From positions 29,264,001 through 29,328,000 of the forward strand of contig CM069155.1 of NCBI GenBank assembly GCA_035221665.1: a stretch of DNA of 64,000 nt, given 5' to 3'. This stretch comes from Okamejei kenojei (taxonomy: Eukaryota). The notes under the pieces are model-generated. The model saw nothing but the letters and a program-made list of their open reading frames with translations. It was not told the DNA's origin and made no database searches. Each line of letters starts with the position of its first letter. Positions within the stretch are counted from its first letter, which is position 1. The translations under genes and the position numbers were made by a program. Shown in pieces: positions 62,597 through 64,000 of this stretch.

Positions 62597-64000
62597 ATGT
62601 CTGCGATGCTTGTACATCACCAGTGTCTGCTCTGGAAATGCCTCTGCCAGGCTTTGTTGCAGCAATCTTAGCTTGTTTTATTTTGGGTTAATCCCCTTTG
62701 TTTTCTCTTCCTGCAAATAAAAGGCATGGCTCAATTGATTCCGATCGGGTGATTGACTTGGCCACTGGAGAGTTGAGTATACCATTTTTTTAGCTGTGAT
62801 AACTCATTTTGCTTTGGCAGACTTTGGATCATTGGTCTTGCTGCAGAATAACGGCCACCATTAGGTGTGAGGCAGTGTTTTGTATTTGACTGATAGAAGA
62901 ATGTCGATACACTTCCAGAATTCTTTAGTTTAGTACCATCACAGGTATAATCATCAAGTTGATAAGTGTCCATACCTGTCAGCAGCCATACATCCCATGC
63001 CATAACAACCCCCCCACCACCGTGTTGTCTCATGGGAAGTGGATGCTTTGGATCTTGACGGCTTATGCCTAGGCTTAAGGTTCTGGGCGGGCTTATGCTA
63101 GGCTTAGTTCCGCTCTACTCCAATACTTCGCGTCGTGCCATCAAACTGATATACATTAAACGTCGTCTCATCTGTTCTCAATNNNNNNNNNNNNNNNNNN
63201 NNNNNNNNNNNNNNNNNNNNNNNNNNNNNNNNNNNNNNNNNNNNNNNNNNNNNNNNNNNNNNNNNNNNNNNNNNNNNNNNNNNNNNNNNNNNNNNNNNNN
63301 NNNNNNNNNNNNTTCTTGGCAAACCTGTAAACCTGGCCATCCTATTGTATGCGGCTAACCGTGGTTTGCATCTTGCAGTGTAGTCTCTCTGCATTTTTGT
63401 CATGGCGTGTTCGGTGGACGTGGTTCCCAAAGTTTGACTAACCGCCACCTGACCCTATAGGGTTTTCTGATCGGTTTCCGGACAGTGGTTTTTTGCTTTA
63501 TGATAGAGAGAATTCTTCCTGACTTCAGCTGTGGAGGTCATCCTTGACTTGCCGCCCATGTGGTCGATTCGTAAAACTCACCAGGGGTCTCTTTCCTTAA
63601 TGATGTGCCACACAGTTGATTTTGGTAAGCCCTAATCTAAGGTTTGGCTGATGCCTCTAACAGTATTGTTCTTCTGTCCTATCACATTATGGCTGAGTTG
63701 ACTTTAAAAGTGCAACAACTTCCGTCGCAGGTTGATAAACAGAATAAAAGTTTCCCAAAGGATAATGGAAAGCTTAGTAAAAGACTAGTCTGGAGAGCTC
63801 TCTTATATAGCATTAAGGAGCATTTAATCACAACTGAACAATTCAACACCTGTGAAGCCGTGGTGTCCCCAAACTTTACAGTGGCTTGAAAATGCGGGGA
63901 TTATGCATAAACACACAGCTGTAAGTTCTACATGGTGAAACCTAAATGTTATATAAATGAACCTTTCGTAAATCGACAATGTGTTCTAAACCACGTGTGA
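62597..64000 (-). mobile_element. Tc1-family DNA transposon (degenerate), spanning the N gap and running off the window end
   Basis: GISQTLGLPKSTVW (HTH), YTARCKP, TDET, DPKH..HGGGGV.MAW, WPSQSPD.N remnants. Confidence 0.8.
63183..63312. other. Assembly gap (130 N)
   Basis: Run of n characters. Confidence 1.

Overview
Repeat-rich vertebrate genomic DNA, almost certainly from a cartilaginous fish (skate/ray-like). The call rests on a germline-joined VJ-C immunoglobulin light-chain cluster together with CR1, tRNA-derived SINE, L1, Rex1, Penelope, Helitron and Tc1 repeats. Two host genes are present. (1) A minus-strand multi-exon gene (~66-15741, running off the window start) that the ORF track does not resolve. 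It has short phase-1 coiled-coil 'neck' exons, a putative cytoplasmic exon and a possible TM exon, and best fits a type II C-type lectin (ASGR/CLEC10A/CD209/CD23-like); the lectin domain would lie outside the window. (2) A plus-strand Ig light-chain cluster (~50130-52700) with a CCAAT/TATA promoter, a leader exon, a V already fused to J with no RSS, and a lambda/type II-like C exon. The rest is nested mobile elements: a full-length L1 with TSD plus a truncated sibling, three near-full-length esterase-ORF1 CR1s (one with a second CR1 nested in it, two head-to-head), a complete non-autonomous Helitron, a Gypsy-type LTR element inside another Helitron, Penelope-like fragments with hammerhead-like motifs, a Crypton-like hairpin element and a Tc1 spanning a 130-N gap. 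Large stretches (~10-12.5 kb and ~46.4-64 kb) are full of single-base indels that look like unpolished long-read error, so the apparent frameshifts in both genes may not be real. All family assignments come from motif recognition, not database searches.
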